From NCBI GenBank assembly GCA_045047115.1, contig JASFYR010000005.1, positions 32,001 to 96,000 of the forward strand: a stretch of 64,000 bases of DNA, read 5' to 3'. The translations under genes and the position numbers were made by a program. Under the pieces are notes generated by a model, which saw only the letters and a list, made by a program, of their open reading frames with translations, was not told the DNA's origin and did no database searches. This DNA is from Sulfurospirillum sp. Its GTDB lineage: Bacteria > Campylobacterota > Campylobacteria > Campylobacterales > Sulfurospirillaceae. Below are positions 44,681-57,235 of the stretch, piece after piece; the first letter of the stretch is position 1, and the number at the start of each line of letters is the position of its first letter.

Positions 44681-45211
44681 ATGAGTAATCAAATAGCAAG
44701 AAAATATGTCAAAGCACTAATGAAAAGTTTTGATGACAAGGAACTAAAAGAGATTTTTTTATCTTTAGAAGAGTTGTCCTCGGCTTGTAAAATTGACAAA
44801 TTTAACAATATCATTGAATCTCCGGACATGGATAGCAAGAAAAGAGAGGAGTTTGTGCTCTCTTTAAACAAAAACAGTAATGCAAAGTTTGTAAATTTCC
44901 TAAAACTTTTAAGTCAAAACAATCGTTTGGATTTGATGCCGGAGATTTGTAATGAGTTAAAATATCAAGAAGCTCTTAAAAACAACCGTTTTAACGGTGT
45001 GATTATGAGTGATTTTGAAATTACACAAGATAAGATATCAGCACTTGAAGAGAGTTTTAGCAAAAAATTTAATTCTCATATAAAATTGACAAAATCAGAT
45101 GTAGAGTATCCGGGTGTAAAAGTCAAAATAGATGATTTAGGTTTAGAAGTAAGCTTTTCGCTAGAGCGATTAAAAGCACAAATGTCTGAGTACATTTTAA
45201 AAGCAATATAA
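44681..45211 (+). CDS. atpH: F0F1 ATP synthase subunit delta
   Basis: IARKYVKAL, NFLKLL...NRL; position before atpA. Confidence 0.92.
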   Translation: MSNQIARKYVKALMKSFDDKELKEIFLSLEELSSACKIDKFNNIIESPDMDSKKREEFVLSLNKNSNAKFVNFLKLLSQNNRLDLMPEICNELKYQEALKNNRFNGVIMSDFEITQDKISALEESFSKKFNSHIKLTKSDVEYPGVKVKIDDLGLEVSFSLERLKAQMSEYILKAI

Positions 45212-45235
45212 ATAAAAGAAGTTAAGGAGTAATTT

Positions 45236-46753
45236 GTGGGAGCAAAAATGAAAGCCGATGAGATTAGTTCAATTATTAAAGAGCGTATCGAAAATTTTGA
45301 ATTAAATGTAGATGTTGAAGAGACAGGAAAAGTTATCTCTATCGCAGATGGTGTTGCAAATGTCTATGGTCTTAAAAATGTTATGGCCGGCGAGATGGTC
45401 GAGTTTGAAAATGGTGAAAGAGCAATTGCACTAAACCTTGAAGAGTCAAGTGTTGGTGTTGTTATCATGGGTAATGCAGCTGATATTAAAGAGGGAACAT
45501 CTGTGAAAAGATTAGGTAAGCTTCTGAGTGTTCCTGTTGGCGACGCTGTTATCGGTCGTGTTGTGAATCCTCTGGGTGATCCGATAGACGGAAAAGGTCC
45601 TATAGAGGCAAGTGAAACTAGATTTGTTGAAGAAAAAGCCCCAGGAATTATGGCTAGAAAATCAGTTCATGAGCCACTTCAAACCGGTATAAAAGCTATT
45701 GATGCTCTAGTTCCGATTGGACGTGGTCAAAGAGAACTTATCATTGGTGACAGACAAACAGGTAAGACGACAGTTGCGCTTGATACTATCATAAACCAAA
45801 GAGGGCAAGATGTTATCTGTATATATGTTGCTATTGGACAAAAACAATCAACCATAGCTCAGGTTGTGAAAAAACTAGAAGAGCACGGAGCTATGGAATA
45901 CACTATCATAGTTGCTGCCGGAGCTGCTGATTCTGCAACACTTCAATATCTTGCACCATATGCTGGTGTGACAATGGGCGAGTATTTCAGGGACAGCTCA
46001 AGACATGCTTTGATTATTTATGATGACTTAAGTAAACATGCAGTTGCTTATCGTGAAATGTCACTGATTCTTCGCCGTCCTCCTGGTCGTGAAGCGTATC
46101 CTGGTGATGTTTTTTACCTTCATTCAAGACTACTTGAGAGAGCTGCAAAATTAAATGATGATTTAGGAGCGGGGAGCTTGACTGCTTTACCTATAATTGA
46201 GACTCAAGCAGGTGATGTTTCTGCATATATTCCAACAAATGTTATATCTATCACAGATGGTCAAATTTTTCTCGAAACTGATCTGTTTAACTCAGGTATC
46301 AGACCGGCCATCAATGTCGGACTTTCAGTTTCTCGTGTTGGTGGAGCCGCTCAAATTAAGGCTACTAAGCAGGTTGCGGGAACATTGCGACTTGATCTTG
46401 CGCAATATCGTGAACTTCAGGCTTTTGCACAATTTGCAAGTGATTTGGATGAGTCAAGCAGAAGACAGCTTGAGCGAGGTCAAAGAATGGTCGAGATACT
46501 TAAGCAACCTCCATATTCTCCACTTCCTGTTGAAAACGAAGTAGTTGCCATATACGCAGGAGCGAAAGGCTTTTTGGATGATATAGATGCAAAAGATGTT
46601 ACAAAATTTGAAGCAGATCTGTTTCCTTTTATCGAGGCTAAGTATCCTCAGATATTAGAACAAATCAGAAGCAAAAAAGTTTTAGACAAAGATATAGAAG
46701 AATTATTAAACAAAGCACTTAGTGAGTTTAAAGCAACATTTGTTGTTAAGTAA
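45236..46753 (+). CDS. atpA: F0F1 ATP synthase subunit alpha
   Basis: [31 protein letters not shown]. Confidence 0.99.
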   Translation: MGAKMKADEISSIIKERIENFELNVDVEETGKVISIADGVANVYGLKNVMAGEMVEFENGERAIALNLEESSVGVVIMGNAADIKEGTSVKRLGKLLSVPVGDAVIGRVVNPLGDPIDGKGPIEASETRFVEEKAPGIMARKSVHEPLQTGIKAIDALVPIGRGQRELIIGDRQTGKTTVALDTIINQRGQDVICIYVAIGQKQSTIAQVVKKLEEHGAMEYTIIVAAGAADSATLQYLAPYAGVTMGEYFRDSSRHALIIYDDLSKHAVAYREMSLILRRPPGREAYPGDVFYLHSRLLERAAKLNDDLGAGSLTALPIIETQAGDVSAYIPTNVISITDGQIFLETDLFNSGIRPAINVGLSVSRVGGAAQIKATKQVAGTLRLDLAQYRELQAFAQFASDLDESSRRQLERGQRMVEILKQPPYSPLPVENEVVAIYAGAKGFLDDIDAKDVTKFEADLFPFIEAKYPQILEQIRSKKVLDKDIEELLNKALSEFKATFVVK

Positions 46754-46762
46754 GGATAAGCT

Positions 46763-49085
<2,323 letters not shown>

Positions 49086-49105
49086 GCTTTATATAAGGTA
49101 AAATT

Positions 49106-49501
49106 ATGGAAACATTGAGATTAGAGATAGTCACACCTGATGGTCAGATATTTGCAAACAATGTAAAAAGCGTAACGCTTCCGGGAAGTGAGGGTGAATT
49201 TGGAGTTCTCCCTCATCATGCTTCCCTGGTTTCTTTGCTTAAAACAGGTGTGATTGATATAGAGCTGGCAAATGGCGAACATGAAGTTGTAGCGATTGAT
49301 TGGGGACATGCTGAAGTTGATGAAGAGAAAGTGACAATTCTAGCCGATGGAGCTGTTGCAATAGTTGGTGAGAATGATAGTGAGATAGCAAAATCCATAG
49401 ACAGAGCCAAAAAACTTATAGAGAGTATGAGTGATTCTGATATAGCTATAGCAATGGCTGAATCAAAGATTGATGCTATTTTGAAGCATAAAAAATACTA
49501 A
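49106..49501 (+). CDS. atpC: F0F1 ATP synthase subunit epsilon
   Basis: LEIVTPDG, LPGSEGEFGVLPHH. Confidence 0.96.
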   Translation: METLRLEIVTPDGQIFANNVKSVTLPGSEGEFGVLPHHASLVSLLKTGVIDIELANGEHEVVAIDWGHAEVDEEKVTILADGAVAIVGENDSEIAKSIDRAKKLIESMSDSDIAIAMAESKIDAILKHKKY

Positions 49502-49503
49502 TT

Positions 49504-50097
49504 ATGTCAGCAGTTGATTTACTTATAAACTATATATCTAGAAGTAGCTATATCACAATATTTGTTTTGATATGGCTCTCTTTTTATTTTATTACAACTT
49601 TTGGTGTTTTAATTGGAAGGTATTTTTATCTTACTTCTTGGTTGAAAATAGAAAGAAATTCACTTGAATCAATGCTGATGGGGGCAAAAAATGTCAGGGA
49701 TGATTCAGTATTAAAAAAATGTACCAGCAGGGTAAAAATATCAATAAATCTACTGAATGTCTGCAAAAGTGTAGCAGAAAAAAATGCTACAAACGGATTG
49801 TGGATACTTTCCATGATTGCTTCTACATCCCCGTTTATTGGACTGTTTGGTACAGTTGTGTCTATATTGGATACATTCAGCGGTTTGGGTCAAAGTGGTA
49901 GTGCTTCACTCGGTGTGATAGCTCCTGCTATAAGTGAGGCGTTAATTGCAACGGCTGCTGGTATATTTGTGGCAATTCCTGCATATAGTGTGCATCTGTT
50001 TTTAAAGAGGAAGGCTTATGAAGTTGTTGTAAGTGTTCAAAGAGAGATTGATTTGCTACTTAGCCATGATGAAAAACTTTCAAAAGATACAGACTAA
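49504..50097 (+). CDS. tolQ: MotA/TolQ/ExbB proton channel protein
   Basis: IASTSPFIGLFGTV, APAISEALIATAAGIFVAIPA; tol-pal context. Confidence 0.88.
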   Translation: MSAVDLLINYISRSSYITIFVLIWLSFYFITTFGVLIGRYFYLTSWLKIERNSLESMLMGAKNVRDDSVLKKCTSRVKISINLLNVCKSVAEKNATNGLWILSMIASTSPFIGLFGTVVSILDTFSGLGQSGSASLGVIAPAISEALIATAAGIFVAIPAYSVHLFLKRKAYEVVVSVQREIDLLLSHDEKLSKDTD

Positions 50098-50100
50098 ACT

Positions 50101-50490
50101 ATGAATGAATGGAATGATACTCCTGAATTAAATATTACACCTTTAGTTGATATTATGCTTGTATTGTTGGCTATCTTAATGGTCACAACCCCAGCTATGG
50201 TCTATCAAGAAAAAATTGTTTTACCCGATGGCTCAAAGTCAGCAGTAGTAAAAAAAATACCTGAACTAGAAATCCGCATAAGTAAAGATGGAAAAGTTCA
50301 TATAAAAAAAGATACATTTATGCTTAGCGAGTTTCCTGATAATTTCACAATGATTAAAAAAAGATACAATGCAAATACACAAGTCTATATAAAAGCAGAC
50401 GAGTCTTTGAAATATAAAGATGTCATGTATGTGCTAAAAAGTGTAAAAGAAGCAGGCTTCACAAAAGTATCATTAGAAACAAATGGATAA
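50101..50490 (+). CDS. tolR: ExbD/TolR family protein
   Basis: ELNITPLVDIMLVLLAILM, IKADE. Confidence 0.88.
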   Translation: MNEWNDTPELNITPLVDIMLVLLAILMVTTPAMVYQEKIVLPDGSKSAVVKKIPELEIRISKDGKVHIKKDTFMLSEFPDNFTMIKKRYNANTQVYIKADESLKYKDVMYVLKSVKEAGFTKVSLETNG

Positions 50491-50493
50491 AAG

Positions 50494-51249
50494 ATGCCCA
50501 AAAGGAAGCATTATAATTCAATAGGTTTTGCACTTGCTTTTCTTTTATATCTACTGGTTATTCTCTCACTTGCATTTTATCTTCAAGACAAAATTAGAAA
50601 AAATGTTGATTATACTATTAAAAAAAATAGCATACTAGACATCACGCTTGTTGAAAAAAAACCAAAAAAAACCATCCGGCATAAAAAAAAGATTGTTAGA
50701 AAAATTGTGAAGAAAAAGATAGTCTCATCCAAACCAAAACCAAAAACCGTAGCTAAAAAAATACAAAAAAAGATCTCTCTGAAGGGAATGTTTAAAAAAA
50801 TTGATACTAAAAAAATCATAGAGCCAAAACAAGAAGCAGCTGTTCAGAGTAGAAAAAAAAGAGTTGTGCTAAAAGAAAATATTCAAGTGCCTGTAAAAAA
50901 AGAACTTGCCAAAAAATTGGTAGAAACGCTGAGTTTTGAAAAAAGACAAAATTTAAACTCAAGCAAAAGCGGAGTTTATGATAAATTTAGAGGAGAAATT
51001 CAAAAAATACTCTATGAAAATTGGCAAAATACTATTGATACTATCTCGGGAAGCAAGGCAACAGTAGAAATTTATATAGACAAAAACGGAACTTTTAGTT
51101 ATAAAATAGTAAAACTTTCATATAATGATGAATTCAATTCAAAATTGATTGATTTCTTGGAAGAGATGAGAAATAAAGAGTTTCCTCCTTTTAGAGAAGG
51201 CGGGATATTTAAACTACAAGTTGAATTTAAGGATATAAGAGATGGTTAA
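50494..51249 (+). CDS. tolA: TolA/TonB C-terminal domain protein
   Basis: N-terminal TM, Lys-rich linker, TonB_2-like C-terminus; lies between tolR and tolB. Confidence 0.75.
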   Translation: MPKRKHYNSIGFALAFLLYLLVILSLAFYLQDKIRKNVDYTIKKNSILDITLVEKKPKKTIRHKKKIVRKIVKKKIVSSKPKPKTVAKKIQKKISLKGMFKKIDTKKIIEPKQEAAVQSRKKRVVLKENIQVPVKKELAKKLVETLSFEKRQNLNSSKSGVYDKFRGEIQKILYENWQNTIDTISGSKATVEIYIDKNGTFSYKIVKLSYNDEFNSKLIDFLEEMRNKEFPPFREGGIFKLQVEFKDIRDG

Positions 51250-52510
51250 AAAACTATTGTTATTATTGTTTTTCACATATTCGCTATTTGCGTATGATGC
51301 TACGGTTGAGATTGTTAAAAAGTTAGATACATTGCCCAAGATTGCTGTGCAAGATGCAAGTGATTCAAGTGAAGATATAACTCTTAGAAAAAAGTTTTTT
51401 AAAATTTTAGTCGGTGATTTGAGAGTAAGTGCACATTTTAGACCATTGGATGATTATCTGCAAAGCTCTTATGACGGAAATATAGGTGATAATTTTTTAA
51501 GTAAAAAAAATGTGGATTTAATTTTAAGATTTAGACTGCAATCAGTACAAAACAGACTTATTGCAAATGTAAAACTGATTAATGCCAGTAGCGGTGAAGT
51601 TAAAAAAGAGACAAATTATAAAATGCAAAATCTAAGAAGATTTCCATTCTTAGCTCATAGAATTATCGTGAGCACTAATGATTTGATAGGAGCACCTCCG
51701 ATAAATTGGATGGAGCAATTTGTAATTTTTTCAAAATACACAGGTAAAAGAGAGTCTGAAATAGTTGTCTCGGACTATACTTTGAGTTTTCAAAAAACTG
51801 TGGTTAAGGGTGGGTTGAATATATTCCCAAAATGGGCAGATACGCTTCAGGATGCATTTTATTATACATCATATAATGGATATCTTCCGACTCTTTACAG
51901 AGTAGATTTGGTAAATGGCGAAAGAAGAAAGATACTTTCTGCCAAAGGCATGTTAGTTTGCTCGGATGTTTCAAAAGACGGTGATAAACTCCTGCTAACA
52001 ATGGCTCCAAATGATCAAGCTGATATATATCTTTATAATCTAAGATATAAACAATTAGATAGAATTACCAAGTATCCCGGAATTGATGTAAATGGAAATT
52101 TTATAGACAATGATAAAAAGATTATATTTATATCTGATAGGTTGGGATATCCAAATATATTTTCTAAAACTATAGGTTCAAGTGGAGTAGAGCAGATGGT
52201 GTACCATGGTAAAAACAACAATTCTGTTTCCGCACTTGACAACTATATAGTATATTCCAGTAGAGAAAAACAGAGTGAGTTTGGAGGCAATGTGTTTAAT
52301 CTGTATTTGATTTCTACGAAGACAGATTATATAAGGCAGTTGACTGCAAATGGCAAAAATCTATATCCAAGATTTGCAAAAGATAAAGACACAATTTTAT
52401 TTATCAAGCATTTTAAAAATCAGAGTTCTTTGGGGGTAATTAGACTAAATGCAAATAAAAGTTTTTTATTTCCGCTCAAAGTAGGTAAAATCCAATCAAT
52501 TGATTGGTAA
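51242..52510 (+). CDS. tolB: Tol-Pal system protein TolB
   Basis: Signal peptide; VSDY, PKW, FISDRLGYPNIF beta-propeller repeats; C-terminal DW. Confidence 0.92.
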   Translation: MVKKLLLLLFFTYSLFAYDATVEIVKKLDTLPKIAVQDASDSSEDITLRKKFFKILVGDLRVSAHFRPLDDYLQSSYDGNIGDNFLSKKNVDLILRFRLQSVQNRLIANVKLINASSGEVKKETNYKMQNLRRFPFLAHRIIVSTNDLIGAPPINWMEQFVIFSKYTGKRESEIVVSDYTLSFQKTVVKGGLNIFPKWADTLQDAFYYTSYNGYLPTLYRVDLVNGERRKILSAKGMLVCSDVSKDGDKLLLTMAPNDQADIYLYNLRYKQLDRITKYPGIDVNGNFIDNDKKIIFISDRLGYPNIFSKTIGSSGVEQMVYHGKNNNSVSALDNYIVYSSREKQSEFGGNVFNLYLISTKTDYIRQLTANGKNLYPRFAKDKDTILFIKHFKNQSSLGVIRLNANKSFLFPLKVGKIQSIDW

Positions 52511-52564
52511 TTTTGAAAAAATATGATAAAATAACGTGAAATATAAATCAATAAGGTGGTAATG

Positions 52565-53149
52565 ATGAAGAAATTAGTTTTAGTGAGCATGAGCGTAGCA
52601 GTTTTACTGTTTACGGGATGTAGCCAAAAGAACCCTGCTGTTGATATGACAACAAAAAATAAAAAAATAGAAAAAGTAAACAATGCAAATACAAATGCAT
52701 CAAACACAAACAGTATGAATTCCAACAATATGGATACAAACAATTTGGGTCAAAATACTATGTCTCAAAATGGTCAAAATGCTGTAAAATATTTAATTGC
52801 AAATCTAGAAAGTCAGCTGAGACCTATCAATTTTGATTTTGACAAGTATAATATAAGAGAAGATATGAAGCCAGTTGTCGTAAATAGTGCAACTATCTTG
52901 GACGGAGACAAAGCCCAGAAGCTTTCTGTTAAACTAGAGGGAAATTGTGATGAATGGGGAACTGACGAATACAACTATGCGCTTGGTCTAAAGCGTGCAA
53001 AAAGCGTAAAAGATGCCCTAAGTGCTCAAGGAGTTGCAACAGATAGAATGATGATTATAAGTTATGGCGAAAGCAATCCTGTCTGTACAGCCCAAACAAA
53101 AGCATGTTGGGCAAAAAACAGAAGAGTCGATTTTAAATTACTACCGTAA
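52565..53149 (+). CDS. pal: Peptidoglycan-associated lipoprotein (OmpA family)
   Basis: Lipobox FTGC; FDFDKY, EGNCDEWGTDEYNYALG, SYGESNP, NRRV. Confidence 0.95.
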   Translation: MKKLVLVSMSVAVLLFTGCSQKNPAVDMTTKNKKIEKVNNANTNASNTNSMNSNNMDTNNLGQNTMSQNGQNAVKYLIANLESQLRPINFDFDKYNIREDMKPVVVNSATILDGDKAQKLSVKLEGNCDEWGTDEYNYALGLKRAKSVKDALSAQGVATDRMMIISYGESNPVCTAQTKACWAKNRRVDFKLLP

Positions 53150-53159
53150 AAATATAAAA

Positions 53160-53184
53160 AGCCATGTGTTTAAGATGCATGGCT
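53160..53184 (+). terminator. Stem-loop between pal and the cpoB-like gene
   Basis: AGCCATGTGT-TTAAG-ATGCATGGCT. Confidence 0.45.
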
Positions 53185-53226
53185 ACTCCTTCGATTTTAG
53201 ACTGACTTCATTTTTTTCTAAAGGGG

Positions 53227-54150
53227 ATGATTGTGAATAAATTATTAGCTTTTTTTCTTATATTACCAATGATGTTGTTTTGCGCAGAACCTTCAGTATA
53301 TGGAGCTGGAAATTTAGACAGTAATAACCCATATGGACTGAGTCCAAGTGAGAAAAAAATAGTTCAAAATACAAAAACACTAAAATCCCTTGAAAAACAG
53401 TTTAAAATGTTGCAGTTTAAATATGCTAATCTGCAAGAAAAACTTGATGGCACCAGATCGGTAACACAGGCTATCAGTGATAAGATTGGAAAGATAGACA
53501 GTAAAATCCGTGAAGTAAATATTAGAGACAGCAATAAAAGCGATACAATTCAGAGCTTAAGAGGTGATCTAGAAGCACTCAAACAACAGTTTAATGATAA
53601 TTTAACTGCACAAAATACAAACCAAGAAAAAATTAAAAGCGTTTTAACAGAATTGAGTTCACTTATAGACTCTATAAATTCCAACTATATCTCTAAAGAA
53701 GATTTTAGTAAATTTGTTTCCGCACAAAATCATTTTAAGGAAAAAATCAATCAACAAATAAGCAGTATAAAAAAACAAAATCTTAAAAAGATATTATCAG
53801 GCAAAAGTGGTGCCGAGCTTCTCAAAGAAGCCAAAGGTTTTTTCTCTAAGAAGCAATACAACAAAGCAAAAATAAGATATGAAAAATTAGTAAGAATGAG
53901 ATACAAACCCGCTAGAAGTAACTTTAAATTAGGAGAAATTGCTTACTATAAAAAGAGATACAAAACGGCGATAAATTTTTATAAAAAAAGCATCGCTCTA
54001 TACGAAAATGCGTCTTACACACCCACACTTCTGTATCATACAGGCATATCGCTGAGTAAGCTAAAGAAAAACAAAGAAGCATCTAAATTTTTTAAAGTAC
54101 TTAAAACAAACTATCCAAAATCCAAAGAAGCCAAAAGTCTTACAAAATAA
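53227..54150 (+). CDS. cpoB: CpoB/YbgF-like coiled-coil TPR periplasmic protein
   Basis: Signal peptide, EPSVYGAG...PYGL, coiled coil, TPRs ending NYPKSKEA; follows pal; true start may be GTG at 53233. Confidence 0.8.
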   Translation: MIVNKLLAFFLILPMMLFCAEPSVYGAGNLDSNNPYGLSPSEKKIVQNTKTLKSLEKQFKMLQFKYANLQEKLDGTRSVTQAISDKIGKIDSKIREVNIRDSNKSDTIQSLRGDLEALKQQFNDNLTAQNTNQEKIKSVLTELSSLIDSINSNYISKEDFSKFVSAQNHFKEKINQQISSIKKQNLKKILSGKSGAELLKEAKGFFSKKQYNKAKIRYEKLVRMRYKPARSNFKLGEIAYYKKRYKTAINFYKKSIALYENASYTPTLLYHTGISLSKLKKNKEASKFFKVLKTNYPKSKEAKSLTK

Positions 54151-54218
54151 TTTTTATCTCTAAGGGACTATAAAAAGAAATTATGCTACAATCCTATCTT
54201 TTAAGCTAAGGAGATTTT

Positions 54219-54764
54219 ATGGCTATAGATGAAAACCAAGTTGTTTCTATTCAATATGAATTAAGAGATGTTGACAACGGTGAGATATTGGATTCCAATA
54301 TTGAAGCTGCTCCACTCTCTTTTATCGTAGGAAAAGGACAGATAATTCCTGGTTTAGAAGATGAAATAAAAAAGTTATCTCTAAATGACAGTGAAGAGGT
54401 TAGAGTTTCTGCTAAAGATGCATATGGTGAATATGATGAAAAAGCGGTACAAACATTACCAAAAGAGCAATTTGCCGGACTTGAACTAAAAGAGGGAATG
54501 ACTCTTTACGGACAAGGTGAAGATGGTGGAACGGTTCAGGTAACTGTAAAAAGTTTTGATGATGAAAATGTAAATGTTGACTTCAACCACCCGTTGGCTG
54601 GAAAAGATTTACTTTTTGCTCTTAGTGTTGTTGAAGTCAGAGATGCAACTGCACAAGAGTTGATTCAGGGCTATGTTGGCGCTCCTGAGGGTGGCGGTTG
54701 TGGATGTGGTACAGGTGACAGTTGTCACACAGCAGAAGACGATTCACATTCATGCTCTTGCTAA
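54219..54764 (+). CDS. slyD: FKBP-type peptidyl-prolyl isomerase SlyD
   Basis: GQIIPGLE, AYGEYD, VDFNHPLAGK; Cys/His-rich metal-binding tail. Confidence 0.95.
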   Translation: MAIDENQVVSIQYELRDVDNGEILDSNIEAAPLSFIVGKGQIIPGLEDEIKKLSLNDSEEVRVSAKDAYGEYDEKAVQTLPKEQFAGLELKEGMTLYGQGEDGGTVQVTVKSFDDENVNVDFNHPLAGKDLLFALSVVEVRDATAQELIQGYVGAPEGGGCGCGTGDSCHTAEDDSHSCSC

Positions 54765-54779
54765 AAAAGCGTTAATATT

Positions 54780-55544
54780 GTGGCAAAAAACTGCTACATC
54801 GCAAAATCTAGGGTTTCACTTGAAGCCCTAAAATCAGCTAATCTATTAAAAAGTTTAAGTCTAAATGTTATCATTATCGGAGAAGTTGGCGTAGGAAAAA
54901 AAAGCCTCGCTAGGTATATATATGAAGATGCATTTGAGGTTGATGCCTCATCTTTGGAAAAATTAGTTAAAGCAATAGAATCAAATGAAAGATTGATAAT
55001 TAAAAATTTTGATCAGATAAATAATTTTGATAAAGTTAAAAACTTGTTGAGCAAAAATAAAAACAGATTTATTGCTACTTCACAAAAAGAATTAAGCACT
55101 AAAGTAGAAGACAGTTTTTTTAGCTTAAAGATGTTTATTCCTCCTTTAAGAGAAAGAAGTGCAGATGTAGTAGCTCTAAGTGAATTTTTTTTGAGTGAAG
55201 TTAAAGAAATTTTTGGTGATTTATCTATTGATTTAAACCTAAAAGAAACAGATTTGGATTTGAGCCAAAATTGTTACTCTTTAAAAAAATCTATATATAA
55301 AGCTTATTTTAAAAGTTTGCTTTCAAAAGATGATATGATGAAAATATTGGAAGATATTTTATATAAAGAGATAGGTACAGGAAATGATTATAGGGAGTTT
55401 TTATATCTTTTTGATATACCTCTTATAAAGAGTGGTTTTAAAAAATTTGGCTCACAACTCTCTATGAGCAAAGCTTTTGGCTTGAATAGAAATACTTTGA
55501 GAAAAAAGATAAATGAATATGGATTAGAGGAGAATAAAAGATGA
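54780..55544 (+). CDS. Fis-family HTH protein with a truncated sigma54-activator-like AAA+ domain
   Basis: IIGEVGVGKKSLA, FIATS, IPPLRER, C-terminal GLNRNTLRKKI. Confidence 0.8.
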   Translation: MAKNCYIAKSRVSLEALKSANLLKSLSLNVIIIGEVGVGKKSLARYIYEDAFEVDASSLEKLVKAIESNERLIIKNFDQINNFDKVKNLLSKNKNRFIATSQKELSTKVEDSFFSLKMFIPPLRERSADVVALSEFFLSEVKEIFGDLSIDLNLKETDLDLSQNCYSLKKSIYKAYFKSLLSKDDMMKILEDILYKEIGTGNDYREFLYLFDIPLIKSGFKKFGSQLSMSKAFGLNRNTLRKKINEYGLEENKR

Positions 55545-56464
55545 AATATGTAGCAATATTTCCCGGTCAGGGAAGTCAAAAAATAGGCATGGGCAGAGAT
55601 TTTTTTGATAATTCTAAAATTGCAAGAGAGATGGTAGAAAAAGCTGGCAATAGGCTTGGTTTTGATTTTAAAGAGATACTTTTTGAAAAAAATGACAAGT
55701 TAGAACTTACGCAATTTGCTCAGCCTTCTATTTTGCTTGTTAGCATTATAGCATATAAACTTTTTGCAAAAGAGGCTACTCTAAAGCCTGAATTTTTTTT
55801 AGGGCATTCTTTGGGTGAATTTTCAGCCATATGTTCGAGTGGAGCATTGAATTATCTTGATGCAATAGAGTTGGTTTATAACAGAGGTCTATTTATGGCC
55901 AAGGCTTGCGAAGATAAAGATGCCGGTATGATGGTGCTTCTGGGTCTTAGTGATGAAAAAACCAAAGAGATTGTGAAAAATGCACAAAATGATGGTAAGC
56001 AGATTTGGGTAGCAAATTACAATTGTGATGGGCAGATTGTAGTTGCCGGAGATAAAAAAGATTTAATCAGTATGGAGGGTGAGTTTAAAGGTGCAGGCGC
56101 AAAAAGAGCTATGCTCTTAAATATGTCGGTGGCTAGTCATTGCCCGATATTGCAAAGTGCTCAAGGTAAATTGAGTGTTTATTTGCAAAAATTTATAGAT
56201 ACTGATTTTGCAGCACCTATCATTTCAAATGTGACAGCAGAGCCTTACAATACAAAGGAGGATGCAATAAAACTCTTAAATGCTCAGTTGGTAAGCCCTG
56301 TTTTATATAAACAATCCATAAAAAATATCGAAAGCAAAACCGATAAATTTATAGAATTTGGTGGAAGTGTATTAAAGGGAATCAATAAAAAAATAACAAA
56401 AAAAGATACAATCTCCATAACAGATATGGAATCACTGCAAAAGGCTGTATTGGAGTTTAGATGA
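55541..56464 (+). CDS. fabD: Malonyl-CoA-ACP transacylase
   Basis: FPGQGSQ, GHSLGE, ANYN, SVASH. Confidence 0.97.
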   Translation: MKYVAIFPGQGSQKIGMGRDFFDNSKIAREMVEKAGNRLGFDFKEILFEKNDKLELTQFAQPSILLVSIIAYKLFAKEATLKPEFFLGHSLGEFSAICSSGALNYLDAIELVYNRGLFMAKACEDKDAGMMVLLGLSDEKTKEIVKNAQNDGKQIWVANYNCDGQIVVAGDKKDLISMEGEFKGAGAKRAMLLNMSVASHCPILQSAQGKLSVYLQKFIDTDFAAPIISNVTAEPYNTKEDAIKLLNAQLVSPVLYKQSIKNIESKTDKFIEFGGSVLKGINKKITKKDTISITDMESLQKAVLEFR

Positions 56465-57222
56465 AGTTAATACTTGCACAAATATCACCAAAACTCAAAA
56501 AAATATCACCTGATGAATTTCATATATATCTCAGTGATATTGATAAAAGAGTTGATTTGGTACTTTTCCCGGAATTGGCACTAAATGGCTACATGTTAAA
56601 AGATGCAGTTTTTGAAGATGCTTATACCTTAAATGAAATCAAAGAATTTGCTGGGTTATCACAATCTTTTGATTTGGTTTTTGGTGCTGTATTAAAAGAG
56701 GATAATAAGTTTTACAATAGTGCATTTTATTGTTCAAATGGAAAAATTTTAAATGTACATAAAAAAACTGCACTTCCAAATTATGGACTCTTTCAGGAAG
56801 CTCGTTTTTTCTTTAAGGGTGAAGATATAAAGTCATTTGAAACAAAATTTGGAAAAACCTTTGTTGTTATTTGTGAAGAGTTGTATAATGCTCATATTAT
56901 CGCTAAAATTGCAGATGAAAAGCCGGATTTTGTGATTGTAATTTCAAATTCTCCATCAAGAGGTTTTGAGAACGACGGACTTTTAATACAAAAACAGTGG
57001 GAATCTTTGCTTTGCTCTACTGCGCTTTTGAGCGGAGCCAATGTTGCATTCGTAAACCGGGTAGGTTTTGAAGATGGCCTGGGTTTTTGGGGAGGATCTT
57101 GTTTGATAAACCCAAAAGCGCAAATCATCAAAAGAGCAAAGCTCTTTGAGAAAGAAGAGTTGATGGTAGATGTGGATAAAAAACTCTCGGATACTCAAAA
57201 ATATTTACTCAGAGAGTATTAG
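56461..57222 (+). CDS. Nitrilase-related carbon-nitrogen hydrolase with intact E-K-C triad
   Basis: FPELALNGY, HKKTALPNYGLFQEARFF, VICEE, VNRVGFEDGLGFWGGS. Confidence 0.9.
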   Translation: MKLILAQISPKLKKISPDEFHIYLSDIDKRVDLVLFPELALNGYMLKDAVFEDAYTLNEIKEFAGLSQSFDLVFGAVLKEDNKFYNSAFYCSNGKILNVHKKTALPNYGLFQEARFFFKGEDIKSFETKFGKTFVVICEELYNAHIIAKIADEKPDFVIVISNSPSRGFENDGLLIQKQWESLLCSTALLSGANVAFVNRVGFEDGLGFWGGSCLINPKAQIIKRAKLFEKEELMVDVDKKLSDTQKYLLREY

Positions 57223-57235
57223 AAAAGGACATAAA

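Noticed and set aside
52660..52780. Asn-rich low-complexity stretch in pal
   Set aside because: Ordinary flexible lipoprotein linker, not a discrete DNA repeat
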